DNA of 41,069 nt from a virus (IMGVR_UViG_3300043173_000170:1-41069), one strand, 5' to 3'; positions 28,063 to 36,077 are shown, numbered from the stretch's first letter. The notes: generated from the sequence alone by a model not told the origin. A program made the numbers and translations.

Positions 28063-28470
28063 TTAATACCTCTCCATAACCAATGGCTATGACAAACCAA
28101 TTACCCATAAATAAATATCATAACCCAATGGTTACAAACTAACCGATATTAAGAGAAAAGTATGATAGGCTAAACGTTATGCCGGCTAAACAGATACAAC
28201 CACTGTTTCTGATCTTAGCTCCGCAGGATAATCTCTTTATCTTGTCTCTATATTAACCTTTGCTACTGAACTGAATATCTCCAAAATAATAGGCAATGGA
28301 TATCTATATATCATCAGCCCAACAGTCTATTCATGGGGGCGTCCTTATTACAGGGTTAGGATTTGATTATGTTACCCGGGTTAGATTGGTTACCAGGCAA
28401 GGGATGGATATAACTTAAGATGTGATGGTGTGTGTGAGTGGATAGGATAACTATTTGTGGTTATTTAAGA
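28063..28470. other. Largest non-coding region; candidate packaging-initiation region
   Basis: No long ORF; TAACC and GGTTA motifs in opposite orientation around a GGGGG tract; downstream of terS. Confidence 0.35.
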
Positions 28471-28617
28471 TCTATTTGATCCATAGATAGTTATTGTTTA
28501 GTCCTTTCCATGTATCTGATTGCCACTTAATACTTACAGTCATTAGCCTATGCTTACGGCAATACAAGTGATTATAGTAAACGACGCTACTTAGTGTTTT
28601 CATTAGTAATACCTTCA

Positions 28618-29109
28618 TCAATGTTGTGTAGTTGTTTGAGGGTTTTCAAGTTCTGTTATCACCTGGGATATGGTCTTACCCTCATCATTAGCTATTTGTT
28701 TGATTAGTTTGTAGTTAGCTGTGTCCAGGTCATTAATGCTCTCTTCACGCTTCAAGGTTAATACATCTCCAGGTTTATGCCCAGAATAGTCCAGGCCCTT
28801 AGCTATTGCACTGAGCATGTTATTTACGCCTATCTCTTGTAAGTCTGAGCCTAATATTCCTTTTAGCTGATCATAGGCCATTGCATCCAGGTCACTGATA
28901 TTCTCTGTTATTGCTTGCCTGATCTTGTCCCTTACCCTTTTATGTATTCTATAAGCCTCTTGCGCTGCATACTCTCCGATATAACCAGCTTTTAGTAGTG
29001 CTACCTTCTTACCGTCCTTTGGATTCTGGATATAATGCCTAACATAATCATCATCATAGTAATGGTCAGGTACTTGCTGGCTTTGTTGGTCTTTATTGCT
29101 TACTGTCAT
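28618..29109 (-). CDS. terS: Terminase small subunit (probable)
   Basis: ALLKAGY...AAQEAYRI HTH and AIAKGLDYSGHKP oligomerisation-type motif; first gene of the late module. Confidence 0.65.
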   Translation of the reverse strand: MTVSNKDQQSQQVPDHYYDDDYVRHYIQNPKDGKKVALLKAGYIGEYAAQEAYRIHKRVRDKIRQAITENISDLDAMAYDQLKGILGSDLQEIGVNNMLSAIAKGLDYSGHKPGDVLTLKREESINDLDTANYKLIKQIANDEGKTISQVITELENPQTTTQH

Positions 29110-29186
29110 AATATCTACTAATAGAATGATTAATTAGTGATTTATTTTATCATTTCCTGCATTAAATAACATTTATTTGTTAAAAA

Positions 29187-29237
29187 TTGACTTATATCAA
29201 GTTATTCACTTGCATACTCTGTATGTATGGTTATACT
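29187..29237 (+). promoter_or_regulatory. Sigma70 promoter with upstream FNR/ANR-like box and spacer palindrome
   Basis: TTGAC-TTAT-ATCAA 29187..29200; TTGCAT 29210, 16-bp spacer, TATACT 29232; CATAC-N3-GTATG 29213..29225. Confidence 0.6.
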
Positions 29238-29271
29238 GTGTATGTGAGTTAAATTAATGAGGGTTATAGAA

Positions 29272-29580
29272 ATGAAAATACTTAAATGTCATAAAAAGGC
29301 TTTTATAGCCAAAAACAAACAGATGTTAGTGGCTTTCGATAAGGCTGTCGATGGTAACCGTTACGCCATGCATCCATCTAATGATAACTTGATAAATGCA
29401 CATGAGAAAATAACTCAACTAACAAAAAACAATATTGTAATAAAAGAATACTATTCTGCACACCATGCAGAAAGAGAGACTGGCATTATAAGACAAAGCA
29501 TTGCCAAATGCTGCAAGGGCAAAATTATTACAGCAGGCGGCTTTAAATGGGAATACACAACACAACAATCAAGAGGGTAA
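29272..29580 (+). CDS. NUMOD1-domain DNA-binding protein
   Basis: ITQLTKNNIVIKEYYSAHHAERETGI..SIAKCCKGK..TAGGFKWEY; GAGG RBS before 29272. Confidence 0.8.
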   Translation: MKILKCHKKAFIAKNKQMLVAFDKAVDGNRYAMHPSNDNLINAHEKITQLTKNNIVIKEYYSAHHAERETGIIRQSIAKCCKGKIITAGGFKWEYTTQQSRG

Positions 29581-29582
29581 CC

Positions 29583-29708
29583 ATGACCATTGAAGAGATA
29601 AATAAAAAGCTATCGCACCTTAATCCCTACTTTGAAAAGGAAGAGATTAAAGAGCTATTGGTAGCCAGGCGTAAGTTAATCAAACAGCAGGATAAGGAGG
29701 CTAAATGA
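29583..29708 (+). CDS. Small hypothetical protein (41 aa)
   Basis: AAGAGGG RBS; ATGA overlap downstream. Confidence 0.6.
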   Translation: MTIEEINKKLSHLNPYFEKEEIKELLVARRKLIKQQDKEAK

Positions 29709-29908
29709 AGCACAGCAACCAATACAAACTTAAAATGGCTATGCTACAGCACAACCTATCAGTCGAAAAGGTCGCTGAGGATACAGAGGTTAAGATTCAG
29801 ACTGTTAGAACCTGGTTATATGCTGTAAACAAAGTCGGTTATCGTGCAATGCCTGATATGGCTATTAAATTGCTTGAATTACAGATTAAACAACAAAAGA
29901 GGGTGTAG
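29705..29908 (+). CDS. HTH DNA-binding protein
   Basis: LSVEKVAEDTEVKIQTVRTWL...RAMP; AAGGAGG RBS. Confidence 0.8.
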   Translation: MKHSNQYKLKMAMLQHNLSVEKVAEDTEVKIQTVRTWLYAVNKVGYRAMPDMAIKLLELQIKQQKRV

Positions 29909-29910
29909 AA

Positions 29911-30180
29911 ATGTCAAAGATAGAATGCAAAACAAAAGGATTAACCAACAATGGGGCAATGTGTCCTTTTATACTTGTAGGCGGTAAATTTTGCGCAGTC
30001 TCCATCGGGAAATGTCCGAATCAGGAAAAAGTAAACGCAGAGTCATACTATTATGATGGGAATAATCGTGGGAGCTATGACGTACTTAAAAAAGATGAAG
30101 GAGGAAACATTCGATTTGTTGCTGAAGTCATGAATATTGATGATACAGAAAAAATAGTATTCATGTTTAATGGCGAGTAA
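29911..30180 (+). CDS. Cys-rich hypothetical protein
   Basis: AAGAGGG RBS; four Cys in the N-terminal half. Confidence 0.65.
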   Translation: MSKIECKTKGLTNNGAMCPFILVGGKFCAVSIGKCPNQEKVNAESYYYDGNNRGSYDVLKKDEGGNIRFVAEVMNIDDTEKIVFMFNGE

Positions 30181-30281
30181 TGGGTGCTTTAATAATAATT
30201 ACAGCTATTATCGCGGGTTTAATCATTAATCCAGTAGTTACGTTGTTAGTTCTTATACTGTTAGCATTAATATCCGATTAG
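30180..30281 (+). CDS. 33-aa hydrophobic membrane peptide
   Basis: MGALIIITAIIAGLIINPVVTLLVLILLALISD*; TAATG overlap. Confidence 0.55.
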   Translation: MGALIIITAIIAGLIINPVVTLLVLILLALISD

Positions 30282-30391
30282 AATCCACTTTAAGCCACAT
30301 AACAGCCTGTTACAGCGATTATCTCTTTATATTGGTACATTGTTACCTATTGAGTGTGTAATGTCTGTAATGGGTGTTTTTACGGGTGTTT

Positions 30392-30676
30392 TTACGCTAT
30401 CACAAGCAATCCTTTATCTATTAATATCTTTCGCGTTCGCATTGCGCCTTCATGATGATATAACATGACAAACGATCTTAGCATTCCGCTGGCTACACGA
30501 AAATCAACAATATCATGGCAGGCGGAGCAACCATACGCTGCCTCTGTATCTGGCTGCTTCATTCCACCACCACCATTGATGTGACATAATACCGTTGTTG
30601 ATGCGTCATGGTTGCAATGCCCTGGTATTCTTATCTGACATTCCTCACCGCGCGCAGATTTAGTTATTTTTGACAT
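30392..30676 (-). CDS. DUF1364/YbcO-like putative nuclease
   Basis: SARGEECQIRIPGHC...TVLCH...AYGCSACHD; GAGG RBS at 30676. Confidence 0.85.
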   Translation of the reverse strand: MSKITKSARGEECQIRIPGHCNHDASTTVLCHINGGGGMKQPDTEAAYGCSACHDIVDFRVASGMLRSFVMLYHHEGAMRTRKILIDKGLLVIA

Positions 30677-30963
30677 ATACCAACCTCTGCAATTATCTGA
30701 TCTAGTGTAGTAACTATCGAATAATGACCACTCCAATTAGCCATCAATAAATGTTGTGATGGTTTGATTGCCGACTTAAATACTTCTCCTTTCCTGTTAG
30801 CGCATTCTGGCGACTTTATCTCGAACCAGTACGTTTGCTTACGGTAACCAACTAAAATGTCATCAACACCCGTCTGGACGCTTACATGAGGTATCTGGCG
30901 TAATGCTTTGACTATTTCTAGCTGATTGCTGTCAATTTTTGCTGCTCTGCGGTATTTGCTCAT
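30664..30963 (-). CDS. PD-(D/E)XK (VRR-NUC-like) nuclease / resolvase
   Basis: RRAAKIDSNQxEIVxALR, DILVGY, FEIK. Confidence 0.8.
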   Translation of the reverse strand: MSKYRRAAKIDSNQLEIVKALRQIPHVSVQTGVDDILVGYRKQTYWFEIKSPECANRKGEVFKSAIKPSQHLLMANWSGHYSIVTTLDQIIAEVGICQK

Positions 30964-31227
30964 TTAAAATCCTAAACCCAAACCTAGCCCATAACTATCA
31001 GTCACCCGACCTTGATAAACGTTATAAGCATTGCGGTGATGTTGCAGTGAGTTGTAATCATCCATTCTCTGCGATTCTGCTCTATTGTGAAAATATGACC
31101 GCTTATCATTCTTCACTTTTATCTTGGCCGCCAACTTAACCGCAGCTTTATCAAATAATTGATGATTCTCTAACAGCCTACATATCTGATTTTCATTTAA
31201 AGTTAGTACATTTGTTAAATCTATCAT
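30964..31227 (-). CDS. Hypothetical protein
   Basis: GAGG RBS; operon position. Confidence 0.6.
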   Translation of the reverse strand: MIDLTNVLTLNENQICRLLENHQLFDKAAVKLAAKIKVKNDKRSYFHNRAESQRMDDYNSLQHHRNAYNVYQGRVTDSYGLGLGLGF

Positions 31228-31239
31228 TTCATTTCCTCA

Positions 31240-31572
31240 TTATGGCCTGCTGAACCTATGCTGACTTTCGTTATACAAGCTGTCTTGTGATGGCCAGTCC
31301 ACCGAAATTCCATATCTTTCCGCCAATAATCTATTCATATTCTCGTAAATATCTCCTACCTGCTTAGTATCTAAGTCTGTAGTGCTTTTTATATCAGGGT
31401 AAAGAGCTATCATAATAACCTTGAACATTCCAGATTTTATATTCTCTTGACTTAGATCAATTGGCGCGGTGAATACTGTTTGAACACTCTCACCAGCATC
31501 ATTCATAGCCTTTGCTACATTCCGGCAATAGACTTCGATTGATTTACGCTGCTGGTCGGTTCTTTGAGTCAC
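31240..31572 (-). CDS. NinB-like recombination protein
   Basis: RTxxQ N-terminus and STTDL...WPS C-terminus. Confidence 0.6.
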   Translation of the reverse strand: MTQRTDQQRKSIEVYCRNVAKAMNDAGESVQTVFTAPIDLSQENIKSGMFKVIMIALYPDIKSTTDLDTKQVGDIYENMNRLLAERYGISVDWPSQDSLYNESQHRFSRP

Positions 31573-31736
31573 GACGCGCTAGTTCCATTGCTTAAAGTTG
31601 CCCTTAATCTAATCATTGAGTAACCAAACCAACTAGCACATAGTCTACATAACGGGAGATTAAGCACTTCAAATACTTCAGTCGTTGGGTTCCCGCACTT
31701 GGCGCATATTGTAACTTGCTTCTCTTTATCATCCAT
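31569..31736 (-). CDS. Small zinc-finger protein (55 aa)
   Basis: CAKC...LCRLC; overlaps both neighbours. Confidence 0.6.
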   Translation of the reverse strand: MDDKEKQVTICAKCGNPTTEVFEVLNLPLCRLCASWFGYSMIRLRATLSNGTSAS

Positions 31737-32005
31737 TATTTAAGCCTCTCAATTACACAAATTGCATCTTCTATTGCGTTATATCTATCAGCTGTCTCAA
31801 AGCTTACATCTGCGTTAATGGCTTTTATAGCTTCATCAAGCACTATTGATCTGATTTCACCGTACACAGCAATCATTAGTTTCCCATTTGGCGAGTCTGG
31901 ATCAAATTCTTTTGTGTCACCCCTTGTTTTATATCCAAATTTAGGCGCCAGGCGTTCATAAATGTCATGCCCTTGTCGCGCTATTAATTCTCTTAAATCC
32001 CCCAT
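31736..32005 (-). CDS. Hypothetical protein
   Basis: HDIYERLAPKFGYKTR motif; AGGAG RBS. Confidence 0.7.
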   Translation of the reverse strand: MGDLRELIARQGHDIYERLAPKFGYKTRGDTKEFDPDSPNGKLMIAVYGEIRSIVLDEAIKAINADVSFETADRYNAIEDAICVIERLK

Positions 32006-32253
32006 TATTTAATCTCCTGAATTGCTTTTATTATTTCCGCTCTATATCTAAAGATGTCTTTTTGCTTCTTGTTTTTCGCCATCTGAATATGGGTACACAC
32101 ATCTGACAAGGCCTCAATACACTTCTCCTTAACCTCATCAACCAGTCCTTTAGGGTATTTATCCACCAGTAAAGGCTTTCTGTTTTCATATTCATCTAGC
32201 CTTTGCTGTAGAGATTCTAGCTGTCTGCGTATTTCTGATATTTCACAAGTCAT
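32005..32253 (-). CDS. Hypothetical protein
   Basis: Coupled ORF. Confidence 0.6.
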   Translation of the reverse strand: MTCEISEIRRQLESLQQRLDEYENRKPLLVDKYPKGLVDEVKEKCIEALSDVCTHIQMAKNKKQKDIFRYRAEIIKAIQEIK

Positions 32254-32378
32254 TTCATTTTATCCAGATATTTTTTTATCTCTTTCCAGTTATCAGGGTT
32301 AACCCACACCTGCTTCAAGACATAGCCTTCTTTGCGCTTCCTTGCGCGTTGGGTTCTTTTAGCTTCTGCGTAGTTCAC
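32250..32378 (-). CDS. Small basic putative DNA-binding protein (42 aa), not in ORF track
   Basis: MNYAEAKRTQRARKRKEGYVLKQVWVNPDNW...; GTGA and ATGA overlaps; resembles RxRxxGxxxxQxWVP RHH/MazE-like small proteins. Confidence 0.6.
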   Translation of the reverse strand: MNYAEAKRTQRARKRKEGYVLKQVWVNPDNWKEIKKYLDKMK

Positions 32379-32563
32379 CGCTGACACTGGCTGCACTCAC
32401 ATTTATACGAATCCTTAACGGCTTGATTAGCTTCTTTTACTGTATCGAATCCTTTTACTCCATCATGGTTTTTGTATTCAAAAGACCAGCCATAATGCAG
32501 CGTAACTATTATTCCATTATCAGATGATCTTTCATCATCCCAAAATTCAATTCTCTTATTCAT
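32375..32563 (-). CDS. Hypothetical protein, first gene of internal cassette
   Basis: GAGG RBS downstream of a promoter; C-terminal CxCxxC. Confidence 0.7.
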   Translation of the reverse strand: MNKRIEFWDDERSSDNGIIVTLHYGWSFEYKNHDGVKGFDTVKEANQAVKDSYKCECSQCQR

Positions 32564-32594
32564 GCCTTTGCCTCTTTCTTTAACTTACATAACC

Positions 32595-32637
32595 ATTATA
32601 GCATAAAGACATGTCTATTACCTTGACCTATGTCAAG
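32595..32637 (-). promoter_or_regulatory. Class II-type promoter with FNR/ANR-like box
   Basis: CTTGAC-N4-GTCAAG 32622..32637; extended -10 TGcTATAAT (hexamer 32600..32595); no recognisable -35; AGACATGTCT palindrome 32607..32616. Confidence 0.7.
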
Positions 32638-32781
32638 TTTTAGTTGATTACTTTGTTTTATTCCAGGTCTTGCCCTTCACCCTCACCATTATCACTTTGC
32701 ACATATACCGTTCTACTTCACGAATGAGACTTAAATGGTCTGGTGGCAATAGGCTGATGATTTCTTTCTTTGATACATTCA

Positions 32782-33525
32782 TTAATATTCCTGTTCTGCC
32801 AGTTCACAAAATATCCCGCATTGAATGTCAATAGTATCGTCCATCGGCTTAAAGTAGTCAGGTATTTCTGTTAGCTTGCATCGGTAATCAATCTTACCCT
32901 TTGTGTACTTTATTAGTCGAACATTAAAACGAGATTCAATTTCCGCCATTCGCTCAAATCTTTCAGGAAAATCTTGTTTTATCTTTAAAAAATAAGCAGG
33001 ACTCTGAGCTTTTACACACGGCAAACAATTATTATTTTTATAGCCGAGTTTATAAACCGCAGGTAGCTCAATCCCAGCATCTTGTATCATTGCCAGGCAA
33101 TCAGATTTAGTCAGCCCTGAGTCTATTAATGGCGTGATAATATTTACTTCATTGTTAGCATCTATAAATAGATCTACCCTGCTCTGTTCCTCACACGTAT
33201 AGCCAAAAACCTGTATATCATCTGGTAGCTGCGACTCTATCCGCATTTTCTTTTTAAGCTCTAGCGTACAGGGCGCACCACCTATACCGGATAAATACCT
33301 TCTTTTCTCAAATACCTTATAAATTGATCTGTCAAATTTATCATTTCCGATTATTTCTATTTCCTGATTAAACCATTTTTCACAATCACGCAAGAATCGA
33401 ATATTATCCTCATGCTCTTCTCTAACTTGGCAATATTTAATAACAACATCGTTATCAATCAATGCTAATTTTGTAGCAACGGCACTTGCCGCTCCACAAC
33501 TAAACCATGAAACCATTCTACTCAT
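32782..33525 (-). CDS. PAPS-reductase-like (PP-loop/adenine nucleotide alpha-hydrolase) protein
   Basis: SWFSCGAASAVA PP-loop variant, CTLELKK, YKLGYKNNNCLPCVK, CGIFCE. Confidence 0.8.
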   Translation of the reverse strand: MSRMVSWFSCGAASAVATKLALIDNDVVIKYCQVREEHEDNIRFLRDCEKWFNQEIEIIGNDKFDRSIYKVFEKRRYLSGIGGAPCTLELKKKMRIESQLPDDIQVFGYTCEEQSRVDLFIDANNEVNIITPLIDSGLTKSDCLAMIQDAGIELPAVYKLGYKNNNCLPCVKAQSPAYFLKIKQDFPERFERMAEIESRFNVRLIKYTKGKIDYRCKLTEIPDYFKPMDDTIDIQCGIFCELAEQEY

Positions 33526-33561
33526 TTCATTACCCTCTTGTTAATATTCTGCTTAGTGATT

Positions 33562-33993
33562 CTATTCTGACATTTGCGTACGACACATTGACCGCATAAC
33601 ACGCATTAAACCTACCTTATCAATCGCCATATCATTTGTTATCTTCTCGCGGATTTTCATAAATTTGATTGAATCACCGCGCCACATAACCCCTTTGTCA
33701 AACAAAGATAAAATATAACTCTGATCTGAATGGCTAAATTTATAATATTCAACCAAGCAATCAACTAACCTTTCTTGATATGGGTCAATGTTATTATCCA
33801 CTTTCTCATGCTGGAATCGCTGCTCAAGTAACTTTATCCACCATTTTGCAGCATCTTGCTGACTTTCTGGCATACCGCATGGATTACTGATTTTGTTATC
33901 TCGGCGATTGTTAATAATATCCATTAATCTTTGAACATTGGTCAATAAAACTTTTTCTTCAACAACCTTCGTTGTGCCGTTAAATTTTCCCAT
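33562..33993 (-). CDS. Hypothetical protein downstream of initiator (helicase-loader position)
   Basis: Overlaps the initiator stop; function inferred from position only. Confidence 0.55.
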   Translation of the reverse strand: MGKFNGTTKVVEEKVLLTNVQRLMDIINNRRDNKISNPCGMPESQQDAAKWWIKLLEQRFQHEKVDNNIDPYQERLVDCLVEYYKFSHSDQSYILSLFDKGVMWRGDSIKFMKIREKITNDMAIDKVGLMRVMRSMCRTQMSE

Positions 33994-34663
33994 GATAATT
34001 TTTCTCGCATATTTTTATAAAGTTACTTTCTTTTGTTATCCATTCAAGATTTGCTGTAAAAACCCTGTGACCGTTTACAGGTGTTGAGCCGCCCATTAGG
34101 AATTTTGATTGGCTCACATAGTCAAAGAAGTTTTCCCAATTATTCAGATCAGGTAAATCATCTTGTAACCACCGCTGCCTTATCTGGCTTTTTCTGGTTG
34201 CTGTTAGTTTTTCAACTCTTGGGAGAGTAGGTAGTTTTTCGTGGTATAAATCAACAATCTTCTGATAAGGAACGCCACTCACCGCTTTAGGTGATGGCTT
34301 GTTTATTATTTCATTTACATTATCAGTATCAGTAGCATTAACAGTTACAGTATCAGTAACAAGGTTATTTGGGTTAGTTTGGGTTTTCTTGGAAAGGCTT
34401 GGGTTATTTGGGTTTCTTGGTCTTCCACCTTTAGCGCCATTAACCCGTTGTTTTTCAACAAAAACATCATATTTATCCATGTCTCTGCTAAGTTGGTTCT
34501 TGATGGGGATAAATGCAAACGTAAGATGTCTTGTAAGATTTACAGGATTCCCGTCTACATGATTTATAATTGATTTTAATATTTGACCAGCTTCTTCATC
34601 GGTCATTAAGTCTACCGAAGTGAGCAGGTCACGCATTAGTAGAAAGGATTTTTTTGCTTGCAT
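33980..34663 (-). CDS. Replication initiator (DUF6291-like N-terminus)
   Basis: KKSFLL...LMTDEEAGQILK, NGAKGGRP, repeat linker, C-terminal YHEKLP...ANLEWI...F.KI.E.NY; GGGAGG RBS at 34663. Confidence 0.8.
   Translation of the reverse strand: MQAKKSFLLMRDLLTSVDLMTDEEAGQILKSIINHVDGNPVNLTRHLTFAFIPIKNQLSRDMDKYDVFVEKQRVNGAKGGRPRNPNNPSLSKKTQTNPNNLVTDTVTVNATDTDNVNEIINKPSPKAVSGVPYQKIVDLYHEKLPTLPRVEKLTATRKSQIRQRWLQDDLPDLNNWENFFDYVSQSKFLMGGSTPVNGHRVFTANLEWITKESNFIKICEKNYHGKI
34321..34421. repeat. Iterons/origin inside the initiator gene
   Basis: TTGGGTT at 34369, 34379, 34399, 34408 next to TATCAG/TAACAG/TTACAG hexamer repeats; lambda-O-like layout. Confidence 0.7.
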
Positions 34664-34701
34664 TGTTTTCCCCTCCCTACTGTTGTTGTTATTGAAAAAG
34701 A

Positions 34702-34765
34702 TGCTGGCTCGCCGAGACGTAGGGGAAATGGCTAACATCGGGGATCAATCCAATGTGAGCCAGCA
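34702..34765 (-). ncRNA. Three-way-junction leader RNA upstream of initiator
   Basis: 9-bp closing stem TGCTGGCTC/GAGCCAGCA, inner stem ACATTGG/CCGATGT, loop TTTCCCCTAC. Confidence 0.55.
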
Positions 34766-34800
34766 ATTGTTATTATACACTATTGTTTATTATTGCTGTA

Positions 34801-35209
34801 CTCATATCTTATCTCTCTTGTTTATTATATTTATCAAGTATTGATTTGATTTTTCTTATATCGTCAATAGATATTTTAATATGACATCTACCAGAGCTAA
34901 AATGAGAATGTATTTGCGTGCTTATTACACTTATTTCGCGCTTATCGTTCCATTCTTTTTCAGTTTCATATAATACTGAAGACGCTGAATAGTCTGTTTT
35001 TTCTTTCCATGTATCAATGTAATATTGGATCGCTAAATGTTCGTAATGCTCCTTACCTATAGGAGACACCGTAAAATATTTTCTACCGACTTTTACAACA
35101 ATAACCGGCGTTAATTCCTGCTTAGTACGTCTAGCCGCATTACCAATATTTAAGCTAAATAACTTATCCCCTACTTTTGGCTTTCTCATATCTTATCTCT
35201 CTTGTTTAT
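34801..35209. repeat. 25-bp direct repeats (34801..34825, 35185..35209) flanking one gene
   Basis: CTCATATCTTATCTCTCTTGTTTAT occurs exactly twice. Confidence 0.9.
34809..35189 (-). CDS. Hypothetical beta-barrel-like protein
   Basis: PKVGDKLF...VVKVGRKYFTV motif. Confidence 0.75.
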   Translation of the reverse strand: MRKPKVGDKLFSLNIGNAARRTKQELTPVIVVKVGRKYFTVSPIGKEHYEHLAIQYYIDTWKEKTDYSASSVLYETEKEWNDKREISVISTQIHSHFSSGRCHIKISIDDIRKIKSILDKYNKQER

Positions 35210-35534
35210 CATTTTGTGCAAGTGGTTGTTTGCACTCACTTTCAATTAATACTTTTTGATCACACAAGGTATCAATCACCCACGGCACATACTCGTATTT
35301 AAATAATATAAATAATGCAACTCCGACGATTAATGCTATTGCTCTTTGCTTGCTATCCATCGTTTATTTTCCTCTTTGCCCATGCATAATATTGTGGATA
35401 GTAGTATGCGTATATTCTTCCTGAGTCATCAATATGATGGTATGGAGGCAGCTTTCCACTTGCCAATGAATATTTTACTTTTCCATCTTCATTACATGCC
35501 TTAAATTCAACTTTGTATTTCATCGTTTACTCCG

Positions 35535-35891
35535 CTATTTAGAGCGCATTAAATCAACGCGATTTGCTATCCATTGTGATATAGTCATACCCCTAGATTT
35601 AAGGTGCGCCATTAGCTTTTTGTATTGCGTGTCTGTTAGCTTAGCGTGTACTACCCTATTCTTATGTGTTAGCGGCTTTCTATTCTCTACAGTAATCAAC
35701 TGTAAAGCAGGCCCTCTCAATATATTGCAACTTTGGCAAGTTGGTTCGACCTTTAGCGGGTCATTGTAATCTCTGTGATCGTAATGTTTTGCTTGCTTCC
35801 CACAGTCAACACATTTCTGTGTCGATATATGGGGCAACTCGCCTCTTCTAACTGCTGTGCGAACAGCGCACATTGCTTTACTGTTTGCCAT
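35535..35891 (-). CDS. HNH-like zinc-binding domain fused to RHH-like C-terminus
   Basis: CVDCG...DHRDYNDPLKVEPTCQSCN; VHAKLTDTQYKKL...GMTISQWI. Confidence 0.7.
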   Translation of the reverse strand: MANSKAMCAVRTAVRRGELPHISTQKCVDCGKQAKHYDHRDYNDPLKVEPTCQSCNILRGPALQLITVENRKPLTHKNRVVHAKLTDTQYKKLMAHLKSRGMTISQWIANRVDLMRSK

Positions 35892-36015
35892 TAAGAAACT
35901 CCTTTATTATCTGAATGATTTGCTTATTCATTGAGCGGCCCTCTTCTGCTGACCTCTTTTTAATAGCTTTAAACAGGTCTGGTGTTACTCTTAGTCTTAT
36001 TTCTTTTATTTCCAC
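35878..36015 (-). CDS. Arc-like ribbon-helix-helix repressor (45 aa), not in ORF track
   Basis: MEIKEIRLRVTPDLFKAIKKRSAEEGRSMNKQIIQIIKEFL; AGGTGA RBS; LR.P..L...A...GRS.N..I Arc signature. Confidence 0.85.
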   Translation of the reverse strand: MEIKEIRLRVTPDLFKAIKKRSAEEGRSMNKQIIQIIKEFLNGKQ

Positions 36016-36034
36016 TTTAATTCACCTTTATGGG

Positions 36035-36077
36035 TTGACAGTGGGTATATTGTATGCCAATATACACCTAACGTCAA
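36035..36077. promoter_or_regulatory. Overlapping divergent promoters with 21-bp operator
   Basis: Plus: TTGACA-17-CAATAT with TG extension; minus: TTGACG-17-TACAAT; GTATATTG-N5-CAATATAC at 36045..36065. Confidence 0.8.

Noticed and set aside
31447-31460. Third FNR-like box TTGAC-TTAG-ATCAA
   Set aside because: Inside the NinB-like CDS with no good -10 at class II spacing. One chance match is plausible.
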